From Chiloscyllium plagiosum (lineage: Eukaryota): a DNA stretch of 64,000 nucleotides. The notes below the pieces were generated by a model. It saw nothing but the letters and a program-made list of their open reading frames with translations, did no database searches and was not told where the DNA came from. Below are positions 23,035-36,074 of this stretch, piece by piece (the first letter of the stretch is position 1; the number at the start of each line of letters is the position of its first letter). Both the position numbers and the translations under genes were made by a program. Where the stretch lies: positions 6,096,611-6,160,610 of the forward strand of contig NC_057754.1 of NCBI RefSeq assembly GCF_004010195.1, given 5' to 3'.

Positions 23035-23992
23035 AGAAAATAAGGACTGCACATGCTGGAGATCAGAGTCAAGAATGTAGTACTGGAAAACACAGCAGGT
23101 CAGGCAGCATCTGAAGAGCAGGAGAATTGACGTTTCTGGCATAAGCCCTTCATCAGGAATGAGGTTTGTGGGTCGGGGCTGAGAGATAAATGGGAGGGGG
23201 GTGAGTTTTGGGGGAAGGTAGCTGGGAAAGCAATAGGTTAATGAAAGTAAGGGAGAAGGTGATCAGTCAGAGTGGGGGTTGAGGGACGGGTCCGGAGGGC
23301 AGTGCCGAGTTGCTACAGCAGGAAGTGCAAAACCTGCACCCACACCACTCCCCACAACTCCGTCCAAGGCCACAAGGGATCCTTCCACATCCATCAGAAA
23401 TTTACCTGCACCTCTATCAATGTCATCTATTGCATCCGTTGCATCCGGTGTGGTCTCCTCAACATCGGATAGACGGGACGCCTTCTTGCGAATCATTTCA
23501 GAGAAGGTCTCTGGGACACCCACACCCACCAACCCCACTGCCCCGTGATTGAACACTTCAACACCACCATCTAATCCATCAAGGACATGCAGGTCCTGCG
23601 CCTCATCCACCTCCAAACCGTTGCCAACCAACGCCTGGAGGAGGAACGCCTCATATTCTACCTTGGGACCCTGAAACTACACAGGATAAATGCGGATTTC
23701 AACAGCTTCCTCATTTCCCCTTACCCCACATTATCCCAGTCCCAAGCTTCCAACTTGGCACCGCCCTCCAGACCTGTCCATCACACCCCTCTGACTTATC
23801 ACCTTCTCCCCAACGTTCCTCCACCTATCGCTTTCCCAGCTACTGTACTCCAACCCCACCCCTCCCATTTATCGCTCAGCCCCTCGACTCACAAGCCTCA
23901 TTCCTGATGAAGGGCTTAAGCACATAACATCGATTCTCCTGCTCCTCGGATGCTGCCTGACCTGCTGTGATTTTCCAGGATTATACTCTCGA
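23035..23992 (+). mobile_element. Penelope-like element, 3' truncated copy with inverted terminal repeat and GIY-YIG endonuclease remnant
   Basis: CKTC...FTCTSINVIYCIRCIRCGLLNIG and RLEEERLIFYLGTL (GIY-YIG-type C-terminus); 23070-23260 is the inverted copy of 23790-23990. Confidence 0.85.
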
Positions 23993-24169
23993 CATTTGCT
24001 TTCACATCAAAATGCTACGAGTTAACTGTCAGTTTAATAGATAATTGTGGAATTGATTTTGTTAATTGAGAAATTTGGGCTACTCCATCATCAATGATAA
24101 CAGCCCTTAAGGTGAACAGTTCTTACAGGAAAAATAGCACTTAAAGGTCACAATGCAAAATGGGACAAA

Positions 24170-25460
24170 TTTTTGAGCCAATTTAAGAACTTGAGACCGG
24201 GCATCAATGAGGCACTGTGGGCCATCATCAGCAGCAGAATTGTACTCCTCAATCTTTAGTCTCATGGTTTGGCATATCACACACTCAACCATTAGCATCA
24301 AACCAGGAGACCAGCCCTGGTTCGATTGAGGGCATCCCTGAAGCAGCATCAGGCGAACCTAAAAGTGAAGTGGCAACCTGGTGAAGCTATCAAACGGGAA
24401 TACTTGTGCACCAAACAACATAAACAGCAAGTGATAGTCGGAGGTAAGCGATCCTACAACCAGTGAATTAGATCTACATCTGTAGTCCTGTCACATCCAG
24501 TCGTGAATGATGGTGGAAAATCATTTTCTAAAAAAAAAGCTTGCTGGAGGAGAAGACTCTTAAGTATCCCTATCGTCAATAATGGAAGAGCCCAACACAT
24601 TAGTGCAAATGTTAAGGCTGAACCAATTGCAGAAAAATTCAGTCATCTTGGCATTCTCCAGCGTCCCCAACATTGTAAATACCAGTCTTTAATGAATTTG
24701 ATTCATTCCACACGATACCAAGGAACGGTTAGAAGCAATGGATACTGCAAAGACTATGGGCCTGACAACATTCTGGCATCAACTCGAACACATAGAAAAT
24801 TGTCCAGATACGTCCTGTACACAAGCAGAACCAATCCAGCCCAGCCATTTTCCACCCTATTGCTGTCGATCACCAGTAAAGTGATGGAAGGGATCATCAA
24901 CAATGCTAGCAAGCAGCACCCGCTCAGCAATAACCTGCTCAGCGATGCCGTGTTTGGGCTCTGCCAGTGCCAGTCCACTCTTGACCTCATTACAGCCTTG
25001 GTTCAAACATGGACAAAAGAGCTAAATTCCAGAGGGGGGGGGGGGGTGAGGTGACAAGTCTTGACTTCAGAGCCACATTCGAGGCATCAAGAAGGCTGAA
25101 CAAAATTGGAATCATTGGGTTTTGGGGGCGTATTCTCCTCTGGTGTCATACCTGGGAAGTAGGAAGATGGGTGTGGTTGTAGGAGGTCAGTCATTTCAGC
25201 TCCAGGACATCTCTTCAGGAGTTCCTCAGGGTACTGTCCTGGTTCCACTCATCTTCAGCCAACCAGGACATGCTAGCAGTTTGATTGGCACCACATCCAC
25301 ATGCACACACTCCCCCCACCGCTAATGCCCACGAACAGCAGTATGTACGATCTAAAGATGCATTGTAAAGATTCAGCAAAGATCCTTAGGCAGCAACTTA
25401 TAAACCTACAAGAACTTAGATCCCGAAGGACAAGGCCAGCAGATCCAGAGCAGTTATTTC
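24170..25460 (+). mobile_element. Decayed non-LTR retrotransposon RT region
   Basis: LLSITSKVMEGII, SGVPQGTVLVPLIFS; frameshifted. Confidence 0.8.
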
Positions 25461-27255
25461 TCATCTGGTAATCCCATAACAGGCATTAGTTGCATTGAAG
25501 ACAGTATATAATTAACTAATACTTTGCAAAATTCAGTGATACTAATTCAAATGAAGTACCTTCAGATAACGAGTGGATCATTGTGATATTTCTGCAGTGT
25601 TGTGCTCTTGCTGAAATAGCATGCATATAATTGGAACCTGCCTAATGTGACCCTAAATAATCTGTTTTCATCTTTTATCTGGCACAATAAATGTTAACAG
25701 ATGATTTATGAGCAATGGTACGATCAAGTCTAGACTAGAATTCCTAAATATCAATTTCCAAAATATTCAGTGATGGTTTTTGAATTGATTGTTTCACACC
25801 GCACTGCAAAAGAGTGCCATGGAGTGTTGAAACCAGACCTATAATTCCTCACCTGATAACTGGTAATTTATGATAGTCAAGTGATATTGAAGATCTGTAC
25901 TTCGCTTGGAAAGATAAAGAACCAAAGGCCTAAACCAGACTGGTTAACTTAAACTGAAAACACAGTTGAGGTGAATTGCTGTAAAACTTCCTCTGAAATT
26001 TGAGATTAATTTGTGACATGAAGGGGCGGGGGAAATACATTGTGTCAAGTGGATCAGAAGGTTTCAGTTATGATTTTCTGTGGGTCTTTACAAAATGCGG
26101 GGTGAGTCCCTACTTGAGATCACAATCAGATTTTCTGTGTGTCATGAGCTCCAAGGTAGCAATGGTCAAACCCTTCACCACCCAGACACTCTGAGTTTTA
26201 AAAATTTACAAGCCTTAAAATGGTGTCATGGTGGGAACAGGTTTGAGAAACTCTGATCTACTGCATCTGTTAAATAATTGACATTGAGTTGTGTTGGGGT
26301 TTATATCAAATTATTCATTGTTTTAATCCTTTAAGACCTGGAAGTGTTGTGTTATCTTTTAATTCCATGAACTCCCATTTATTTCTGGTCTTGTTTTAGT
26401 TTTGTAAAATGACAGTCATGTTTATGCAAACCTTACTATGTGAGCTGAAGGTCACAGTTCCAACATTGTAAGAGTGAAAGATGGCAATCCTCTTGTTGCT
26501 CAGTGATCTGCAGTCTTACATATGCCTTGTCAAGTCTCTGCAGCCAGGTCAGCAAAGATCAGAATCCCTCGGGCATTTAAGGAAAATTCAGGAATACAGA
26601 TGAAAGACTAAACTTTTCCCTCTTTGCCAAACACGCTGGTTGATTGGAGATGAAGTGCTCTGTCCTTATTCACACAACTTATTCGTGCGTTTTTGAGGTT
26701 TGGTGTGAAGTGGAATAATATGTCACAGTGGTGTGAATTTGGAACATTGATTTAATTCACCCTCTTCTATTTCCTTTGCCTCGTTCCAAGAAAAGATTTG
26801 TCAACAGACAAGCAGAATTTAACTTTGCTTGTGAATGTACCACCGAGGAATATTTCTTCATTCTGTATCCCAATGCTGCTGACATGCTCACTCTTTTTCA
26901 GAGGGATGTGACTATTAGGAAAGTAGTGCTTGAGATTCTCCTACTATCCAAGTCAGAAAGAGAAATGGAGCTCGTGTTGGCTTTACTGAGCCCTGATGCT
27001 ATTTGAAGTGAACGAACTTTAGCAGAAGGAGTTGTGTTGAGCCAGAAGGTGTAGGGCGGTTGGGTATAAATTGTTGTATGAATACTTGGAATTTTTGTTT
27101 AAAATGTGAGGTTTTCTAGAGTATCTAAAAGATAAAGCAATTTTGGGGTAATACACAGCTGCTGCTTTTTTCGTTTTGCCCCTTTTGTTGTACGCTCTGG
27201 TCTCCTGTCACTGCTTCTTTTCTGTCTTTACGTCTCATCACTGGGCTTCTCTCAG

Positions 27256-27315
27256 TGTTTGTTTTCCCAAACAGCATTCCAAATTCCAGTTGTACATCTA
27301 TAACCAGCTGTGCAG
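27256..27315 (+). CDS. Candidate small coding exon (acceptor 27256 or 27275): (VFVFPNS)IPNSSCTSITSCA
   Basis: Very long pyrimidine tract 27160-27270, CAG acceptors, CAG|GTACTG donor. Open in the frame ending in phase 1, matching the 30410 exon. Confidence 0.5.
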
Positions 27316-27448
27316 GTACTGTGCAAACTCTGCTTCTCATTGATCGAGCATGCTCTGTTTCATCACACGCATGTGGATGATGTGGGGGTCAGTTGAGGGT
27401 CAAGGGAAAGGAATTGTGTTGAGAAATGTGCATTCCTTTGTCTTAGTT

Positions 27449-28740
27449 GAACATAGAACATAGAACATAGAAGAATACAGCGCAGTACAGGCCCTTTGGC
27501 CCTCGATGTTGCGCCGATCCAAGCCCACCTGACCTACACTAGCCCACTATCCTCCATATGCCTATCAAATGCCCGTTTGAATGCCTATAAAGAGGGAGAG
27601 TCCACCACTGCTAGTGGCAGGGCATTCCATGAAATCACGACTCGCTGAGTAAAGAATCTATCCCAAACATCTGTCCTATACCTACCACCCCTTAGTTTAA
27701 AGCTATGCCCCCTCGTAATAGCTGACTCCATACGTGGAAAAATGTTCTCACGGTCAACCCTAATTAAACCCCTAATCATCTTGTACACCTCTATCAAGTC
27801 ACCCCTAAACCTTCTTTTCTCCAATTAAAACAACCCCAAGTGCCTCAGCCTTTCCTCATACGATCTTCCTACCATACCAGGCAACATCCTGGTAAACCTC
27901 CTCTGCACCCGTTCCAGTGCCTCCACATCCTTCCTATAGTATGGCGACCAAAACTGCACACAATACTCCAGATGCGGCCGCACCAGAGTCTTATACAACT
28001 GCAACATGACCTCAGGACTCCGGAACTCAATTCCTCTACCAATAAAAGCCAGTACGCCATATACCTTCATTACCGCACTATTTACCAGGGTGGCAACTCT
28101 CAAAGATCTGTGTACATGGACACCAAGATCCCTCTGCTCATCCACACTACCAAGTACCCGACCATTAGCCCAGTACCACCTCACACTTAGTTACATTGAA
28201 CTCCATTTGCCACCTTTCTGCCCAGTTCTGCAGCTTATCTATTTCCCACTGTAACCTGACACATCTTTCCTCATTGTCAACAACTCCACCGACTTTCGTA
28301 TTATCCGCAAACTTGCTCACCCAACCTTCTAGCCCCTCCACCATCAACTACTACCCTCTGCCTTCTTCCAGCCAGCCAATTCCTAATCCAAACCTCCAAC
28401 TCACATTTGATGCCATACCTCCGTATCTTTTGCAGTAGCCTACCATGGGGAACCTTATCAAACGCTTTACTATAATCCATATACACCGCTTTACCCTCGT
28501 CCACCTCCTTAGTCACCTTCTCAAAGAATTCAATGAGGTTTGTGAGGCACGTCCTGCCATTCACAAAACCATGCTGACTATCCTTGATCACATTATTCCT
28601 ATCCAGATGTTCATAAATCCCTATCCCTTACAATTGTCTCTTAGAATTTGCCCACAACAGAAGTGAAACTCACCGGCCTATCATTACTAGGGTTATCCCT
28701 ACTCCCCTTCTTGAACATGGGAACCACATTTGCTGTCCTC
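27449..28740 (-). mobile_element. Relatively young 5'-truncated CR1 LINE (intronic)
   Basis: Well preserved RT/C-terminal peptides (QHGFVNGRTCLTNLIEFF, SKFADNTK, LYKTLVRPHLEYCVQFWSP); 3' tail (AGAACAT)n at 27449-27472. Confidence 0.95.
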
Positions 28741-30409
28741 CATAACTTCACATAGATGCAGCAAGCTGCTGGTTGGCAATATGTTGCAGACTTTATAGTT
28801 AATCTGGAACGTGCTTTAAAATGGACATTACTGTGAAAACAAGAACTTGAAGTTATGCAAGCAATCTTGAGCTGCTCGTGCTAACAGGATACTATTAAAG
28901 ATTGACTTGTTTAACATTGAGTTGGACATCCGCAAATAGTCTGTCAGAGTTAGCAGCCCACTGATCTTGATAAATGTAGCTTTAAGAAATCTAAAATTCG
29001 ATTTGCAAGCTTGAATTTTCCGAGTGCAATGTGTCTTTGGCGAACATTTGAGGTATTCTGATGAATGTGAAAACTTCATTCGGATGTAACTGTCACAGTG
29101 GACATGAGAACCTCCAACTACATGCAGCCACATTTGTTAAGTTTAATAGTGCTTTCAGATTTTAGATCTGTGTTTAAAATTGGAAGTACCAATAACACAT
29201 ATAATTCAGGGCTCAGTGCTGCATTTAGTGGCATACTGGACAAGCTCAACAGCATTTTGGATGATTTTAGCAATGGCAGGAATTCTGTGTTGATTTCTAA
29301 TTTAAATTTAATCTTGCTTCAGAGCTATATTCATTTCCCATTTTTTATATTTTCTTTTAAACTGCATTCAAAATGAAGTTTGTTACCTTAATGCTTTTCT
29401 GCAGCTCCTTCGTAGATTCCCACAGGAAAAACAATTACCCCTCCTCCTTTTTGCTTTGGGATCAGTATATTTTCAAGTTGACCGTTGGTATTTCTTTCTG
29501 TAACTGGGTTGTTAATTTACCATTTTCTTCCTGTTTGGAGAAAAGGACATGGCATTGCTGGAAGGATAACTTAACTGGGATTGTAACTGGATGAGCCACA
29601 TAAATACTCTGGCTGCATGAGCAGCTCAGCGGCTGGATATTCTGCAATGAGTAACTGTCCAAAGCCTTAGAGGCACTTTTTGGGTGTGTGATGGAATGTG
29701 CTTGGATGAGTACTGCTCCACCAGCAAGGAAAAAGCTTTACATTGTCCTGAGCAAAGCAGCCCTCTTGGTTGACACCCCACCCATTGACTTCCTCCTCAA
29801 AGGCACAAATTTGCAGCAGTGTCGACAATATATAATGTGCACCATAGCAACTCACCTATAGCAATTAAGCTAAATGCAAGAAGGCATACCACCTGCCTTG
29901 TCCCAAACTTGCTACTCATCTTTGAGGACTAATCTGTCAGAATTGTGTTTGCTCCCTTCCTTTGAGATCACAGTCCACAAATGTCCCAGTTCCAATTCCT
30001 GGACCGGACCATGTTACCACATTGCAGTGGGGTGGGGTGCTTTGTATCAGCCTAAAGTTTTTGTTAAGAATTTTTGTTAGCACTGCAGTTTGAAGTTGAC
30101 GGTTTTGTCTACTATTGCATCATTAAACTTGGAGAAAATCCTTCCGAATGTATTGATTAACTGTACAGCGCCTGTTTACATGCAGCCCTGTTAGTAGTGC
30201 TGCAATATTCTAGGATGTGTGAATTGTACAAGGGGTCCTTGCTCTGAATGTTACTCGTGTTGTGAAACTATAACCCAAACAGTATTAAATTTAACACGTA
30301 AGCATTATACATTTTGATCTGCAGGTTAATATCCGATTTTAGAAGTGAACATCAGCAGCTTACTAATACTTTCTTTCTCTCTGCTCCGTACTGCTTGCAT
30401 GTCCATCAG

Positions 30410-30556
30410 GTTGCTCACTAAATGGGAGCAGAAATGGATGTATCGGGGAAAGCATTCAGATGAGCTGTTGGGGTGAAAGCGACCTGGCCAATGGCAAAAC
30501 AGGCTCTGGCTGCTTCGGGCAAGGAGCTCAAACTAAAAATGGCAAAGAATCGAAAG
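30410..30556 (+). CDS. Internal coding exon, 147 nt, phase 1-1, unidentified protein (GCSLNGSRNGCIGESIQMSCWGESDLANGKTGSGCFGQGAQTKNGKESK)
   Basis: Branch-like TACTAAT at 30361, pyrimidine tract, CAG acceptor, AAG|GTAATA donor; only one of three frames is open. Confidence 0.72.
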
Positions 30557-31395
30557 GTAATATTAGCCTCTGTTTCTTGTTTGTATGATTCTCTTCGAGA
30601 CAGCACTGCATTTCCTGTGGTTTTGATTGCTTTCAAGTGCGCTGTGGTATCTCTGATTGTCATGGCACGTGTGAGATGGTGTATTGATGTGGAAATGCCA
30701 TCAGTCTGGATTAATGCAAAAGAAGCAAGGTGTAAACTGGCCTTTTACTTTGCCTGTCTCATTCGTTTAGGAAATCACATTTCCCGAGCATCTGCAGTGA
30801 TCCGTTTAGTCAAAATAGCTCAGATTTTGGAATTATCACCTTTCTTAATTGTTCCTTGATACTATAATCTGGTGTAGTTTCCCACTCTCCCTCTTGGTGG
30901 AGGCTGTCTTTTCAGATCTTAATCCCTTTTACTGCCAGCGGTTGTGTATCATGTGCAGAGTTGAGAAGCAGCAAAAGTTTTAATCAGTGTCAGAGCCCGA
31001 ACGCTGTTTACACAAGACTATGTAGCCACTTTGTTAACACAGAAAATCTAATTTTCTTTGCAGTGTTGATAATTAATTCCATTCCTACCCATTAGCAGTA
31101 CCACAAAGCTGTAACCCCAGTACTGCATTGAATGTTGTACTTTGGCTGTTAGCAGATATGTCTGACAGTATCTGAGTTAGCGTAAGGTGTTTTTCATCAG
31201 TGAGCTGTGCATACTTAACTTTCTCTGGGTCACTGTTTCTAACTTACTCCCCTTGTGACAGTCGGATGTTTATCTGAAATAAAGAATTGAAAGGAGGATG
31301 GAGTTGTAAGACAATCATGTTGAATTGTGCATCACACTTTAAGCACTGTCAATCCATTGCAGTATAAGTGTTCCGTGTAGTGTTATTTTCTCCAG

Positions 31396-31604
31396 CCACA
31401 TACAATCAGGAAGAATGTCCTGTGCCATTTTGCTCCCAGTCCCATAGTGACAGTTCAACTCCTGAGGAGGTTAGATTTTCACCTGCACTGACTCTGGAAT
31501 CATCATTAGCAGTCCTTCAGATGACCACCATTCCTGACCATAGTATTTTCACAGGTGACGTTTATTCCCATGATTTTGAACCTGTAGCAACACACAGTAA
31601 ACAG
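31396..31604 (+). CDS. Internal coding exon, 209 nt, phase 1-0, unidentified protein (ATYNQEECPVPFCSQSHSDSSTPEEV...DFEPVATHSKQ)
   Basis: TTTTCTCCAG acceptor, CAG|GTAAGA donor; lies in ORF 31368..31655 in the phase required by the 30410 exon. Confidence 0.72.
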
Positions 31605-32112
31605 GTAAGATATATGTTGCATTTTTTTTCTACAAAAACTGTTTCTAATGAGTAAATAATGTCATGTAAGGCTACAGAAAATAGAAAGTCCTTGGCTTCA
31701 CTCAATATCAATCCCATGTGAGCTGGTCATAGTCGCAACAAGGGTTTTGCAATGAGCCTCCGTATCTCAATGCTAGAAAAGCGTGGTTAATTACAGGAAT
31801 TGTGATCCTGCTCCTGATAACTACCGTGATGTTCCTACTGAAGAATATCTTTGTATCACCATCTTAGATCTGAGGCCCACTATTCAGTCTTCACAAAAAC
31901 TATGTGGTAACGGTGCTACAGGGTACTCCAATTGCTCATGGAACTGTGTCTTGACAAAATTGAAAGCTTTCATAGATGTGGGAAAGAAAACATAAATTGT
32001 ATTTTCTTGACATCTCCTGACTTAATTTATCCTTCGATCTTGAAAGTCTTGAAATAGCATGGAGTGTTGTGTGGGCTGGTTCCATTTGCAGGTGTTATGC
32101 AATTTCTTTCCG

Positions 32113-32612
32113 NNNNNNNNNNNNNNNNNNNNNNNNNNNNNNNNNNNNNNNNNNNNNNNNNNNNNNNNNNNNNNNNNNNNNNNNNNNNNNNNNNNNNNNN
32201 NNNNNNNNNNNNNNNNNNNNNNNNNNNNNNNNNNNNNNNNNNNNNNNNNNNNNNNNNNNNNNNNNNNNNNNNNNNNNNNNNNNNNNNNNNNNNNNNNNNN
32301 NNNNNNNNNNNNNNNNNNNNNNNNNNNNNNNNNNNNNNNNNNNNNNNNNNNNNNNNNNNNNNNNNNNNNNNNNNNNNNNNNNNNNNNNNNNNNNNNNNNN
32401 NNNNNNNNNNNNNNNNNNNNNNNNNNNNNNNNNNNNNNNNNNNNNNNNNNNNNNNNNNNNNNNNNNNNNNNNNNNNNNNNNNNNNNNNNNNNNNNNNNNN
32501 NNNNNNNNNNNNNNNNNNNNNNNNNNNNNNNNNNNNNNNNNNNNNNNNNNNNNNNNNNNNNNNNNNNNNNNNNNNNNNNNNNNNNNNNNNNNNNNNNNNN
32601 NNNNNNNNNNNN
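32113..32612. other. Assembly gap (500 N)
   Basis: Run of N. Confidence 0.99.
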
Positions 32613-32729
32613 GATGCTACCTGGAGGTGTTCTGCATGTACACTATCCAGGTAACTGCCATGTCTCATTAATAAAGACTCAAAGAAGACCTCTCAGAGTT
32701 CTGTGCCCAGTTATTGCTATCCAGCAGGG

Positions 32730-33430
32730 TTCAGGAAGTCTTCACAGCAGTCAGTCTTCACAGTGGAGGATACGAAGAACATTCCAGTAATTGATAAAGA
32801 GACTGAGGAAGGTGAGGACCAAGAAACAACCATTTTCACGAGAGAGTTAGAGCTGGGCAAGCTAATGGAGCTAAAGATGGACAAGTCTATTTGCCCTGAT
32901 GGAATACATCCCAGGGTACTACCAGAGATAGCGGGAGAAATAGTAAATATACTTGGAGTCAGAGTCCTACAGCAGAGACAGGCTCTTTGGCCCAAACTGG
33001 CCCATGTCGATTAGAGTGTCCATCCACGTGAACCCCATTTCCCTGCACTTGGTCCATCTGCTTCTGAACCTTTGCTATCCATGTATTTTTCCAAATGTCT
33101 CAACCGCTTCCATTGGCAGCTCAGTTCATATACATAGCACCCTCTTGTGTAAAACTGTTGCCCCTCACGTTCACTTTTATAATTTCTCCTCTAACCATAA
33201 ACTGATGCCCTCCACTCCTTGATTCCCTGGGAAAGAGACGGAGTGCATTCCCCTTACCCAGGCCTCTTATGGTCTTATAGACTTCCAGAAAACATCCCCC
33301 CCCTCTCTGCTTCCTCTGCTCTAAACAAAAAAAATCCTCGCTTGTCCAACCTCTCCCTATAACTCAGACCCCTGAGCCCTGGCATCATCCTTGTAAATTT
33401 CTTCTGTACCTTTTTCCAGTTTAATAACTG
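32730..33430. mobile_element. Two CR1 fragments tail-to-tail (plus 32730-32955, minus 32955-33430)
   Basis: KSICPDGIHPRVLPE on plus; CR1 3' end on minus. Confidence 0.7.
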
Positions 33431-33539
33431 AAACCTACATTACGCCAATGACAACGCCAATGGATTACAATCCATGATCGATAATTAACCCCTTTACAAC
33501 AATCCCATTTTCATCGTTTGTTCCATGGTGCAGGTACTG

Positions 33540-34078
33540 TATCAGTGGTGCTGGAAGAGCACAGCAATTCAGGCAGCATCTGAGGACTGGCAAAATCAAC
33601 GTTTCGGGCAAAAGCCCTTCATCAGGAATAAAGGCAGAAAGTCTGAAGCATGGAGAGATAAGCTAGAGGAGGGTGGGGGTGGGGAGAGAGTAGCATAGAG
33701 TACAATAGGTCAGTGGGGGAGGAGANNNNNNNNNNNNNNNNNNNNNNNNNNNNNNNNNNNNNNNNNNNNNNNNNNNNNNNNNNNNNNNNNNNNNNNNNNN
33801 NNNNNNNNNNNNNNNNNNNNNNNNNNNNNNNNNNNNNNNNNNNNNNNNNNNNNNNNNNNNNNNNNNNNNNNNNNNNNNNNNNNNNNNNAGTGTTCCGCGG
33901 CGGAAGATGAGGCGTTCTTCCTCCAGGCGTGTGGTGGTGAGGGAGCGGCGGTGGAGGAGGCCCAGCACCTCCATATCCTCGGCAGAGTGGGAGGGGGAGT
34001 TGAAATGTTGAGCCACTGGGCGATTTGGTTGATTGATGCGGGTGTCTCTGAGATGTTCCCTAAAGCGCTCTGCTAGGG
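33540..34078 (-). mobile_element. Penelope-like 3' fragment (spans a 163-N gap, 33726-33888)
   Basis: AQHFNSPSHSAEDMEVLGLLHRRSLTTTRLEEERLIFR followed by the terminal repeat. Confidence 0.85.
33592..33630 (-). ncRNA. Minimal hammerhead-ribozyme-like motif
   Basis: Minus strand TATTC-CTGATGA-A-GGGC-TTTT-GCCC-GAAA-CGTT-GATT. Confidence 0.55.
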
Positions 34079-34079
34079 A

Positions 34080-34382
34080 GCACTGAGTATAGGAGTTGGG
34101 AGGTCATATTGCGGCTGTACAGCACATTGCTTAGGCCACACTTGGAATATTGCGTGCAATTCTGGTCTCCTTCCGATCAAAACAATATTGTGAAAGTTGA
34201 AATTGGTCATAAAGGTATTACAAGCATGTTGCCAGCATTAGAGGATTTGAGCTACAGGGAGAGGATAAATACACTGTTTTCCCTGGAGCATCAGATGCTG
34301 ATGGGTGACCTTATAGAGGTGTATACAATCAGTAGGGACATGGATAGGGTAAATACACAAGGTCTTTTCCCTGTGGTGGGGA
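34080..34382 (+). mobile_element. CR1 3' ORF2 fragment
   Basis: LYSTLLRPHLEYCVQFWSP. Confidence 0.85.
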
Positions 34383-34635
34383 GGAGGCAGGATGGGGATG
34401 GGAGACAGAGAGGAGAGACCGAGAGGAGAGGATGACCATTATTTTGTAGATCTACAACACAAACCTGTTCCTGTTTTCTCCCCATCCCGTTCAATCCCTC
34501 TGAAGGGTTCAGAACAAGTGCACAGTCCCTGGAAAGTACAGCTTCAGGGTGATTAAGTGCTAAAGGTTGCATTTGGGACGCTGACCTTTATTGGTCTGTG
34601 CACTTATCAATAAATGGACCTGGGTTCAATTCCAC

Positions 34636-35160
34636 TGTCCTGGATTCATGTCGGTGGCCACAGACGCGCCTGTCTCTGACCCTGACTACTTGATCCCCTG
34701 TCACTACAGTTCTGCCATTCTCTTTCCTCCAGTTCTGTACAGTTGAGCTATCTGTGGTTGCATGAACCTGGCTGTTGCTGATTTCCCCTGAGAGTCCACC
34801 CCACCTGTTCCCCCCTTATAGAATCCCAAGCGGTGCACAATATCTGTTTGAGAAGGGGAATGATCACTGGGGAGACCTGCACTGCCTTCCTGAGCCTTTT
34901 ACTTGATCTAATGATCACCCATTCCCTTTCTGCCTGTGGAAACCTCACCTGCAGTGTGACTAACTCACGAACCATGCTGTGCGTAACATTCTCAGTATTG
35001 CTCCACAGTGAGTCCACTCTCAGCTCCATGTCTGAAAAGCAGTTTCCCAGTAGCTGCTGATGGACACACTTCCTGCACACATAGCCGTCAGGGAGACTGG
35101 AAGCATCCCTTATTTCCCACATTGTACAAGAGGAGCACAGGTCTGAGGGCTCCTGTAACA
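34636..35160 (-). mobile_element. CR1 ORF1 fragment (Cys-rich N-terminus)
   Basis: CSSCTMWEIRDASSLPDGYVCRKC...ELRVDSL; paralog of 8800-9310. Confidence 0.8.
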
Positions 35161-35864
35161 ATGTCTCTCTAGTTTCAGCTAGTTACTCGCATTAAGAGAA
35201 TTTAAATGGGCTAGAAACCTTTCTTCACTTCAAACATTTCCATTATAATCTAAAGCCCCAATCTTTACTTAAGCTGACATTTTATACATTTAAAAAAAAA
35301 CTCAGCAGGTTTCACTTACAAACTGGTTGTTCCCATTGGGACCATGTGAATTTCTGAATGGCCTGAACTAAAACTGATGCTGAGCTTCACCTTCTCCCTA
35401 TCTCCCCTCCGTCTGTTTACACCCAACTCCGAAACCCTCTCATTGAGCCAAGCAGCCCTCACAGTGCACCCTGTCATTTTTAGTATCTGTTCATACTGAC
35501 AGTGCCCTATGCCTCCTGCAGTGTTCCAGTGTATCTCAATGGGAGATCAGGAACTGCATCTCATCATACAATTCAGCCCTTTGTAACACCAGAGTCAACA
35601 TAGACTTCAGCAGTTTCTGAATGAACAGGCAGTTGTCAGAATCTGGAACATTCCACCTGAAATGGTGCTGGAATTTGAGTCCAAAAGGAATTTTAATGAG
35701 AAGTTTCCAGTGAATTGAAAATAAGAAGTTTACAGGTTAACATCATGAAGTGGGTAACTAGGACCAAATCTGACAGTTCCTACAAAGAGATGAGGTGTAA
35801 TTTGGATAAATCTGTGCTTCCTCTCAGGGCAATATCTCCTTCCTCAGCTGCAGAGCGCACATAC

Positions 35865-35956
35865 CCCAAGGGTGATCCAACCACTAATTTGAACATCTTT
35901 CTGACGATAGAAAATTGCTTTTGAGATCCCTGTCTCAATTATTCTCAATTAATATC
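35865..35956 (-). other. Candidate 92-nt (probably untranslated) exon of a minus-strand transcript
   Basis: Minus-strand acceptor TTCATTTTATAG|GATATT and donor GGG|GTATGT are both intact; paralogous to 10038-10215 but lacks the zinc-finger-like segment. Confidence 0.5.
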
Positions 35957-36074
35957 CTATAAAATGAATTCAAAAAACAAAGCTCACAGTCAATGCAAGA
36001 TGAATAGTGAAGGTAAACATTTCTCTTGGTATGTGTTTGGTGTGTAAATGCTCCTCTTCAAATCAGCCCTTCCC

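Noticed and set aside
24503..25054. 183-aa ORF as a functional reverse transcriptase
   Set aside because: A patchwork of in-frame and out-of-frame LINE sequence, with deletions and no catalytic motif.
26040..26110. Strong donor GGG|GTGAGT as an additional exon
   Set aside because: No convincing pyrimidine tract or acceptor upstream; cannot be supported without RNA data.
26776..27006. ORF with TTTTTCAG acceptor as a coding exon
   Set aside because: All three frames after the acceptor reach a stop before a good donor.
30473..30859. 128-aa ORF as a gene
   Set aside because: It overlaps the 30410 exon in another frame and runs through its donor into intron-like sequence.
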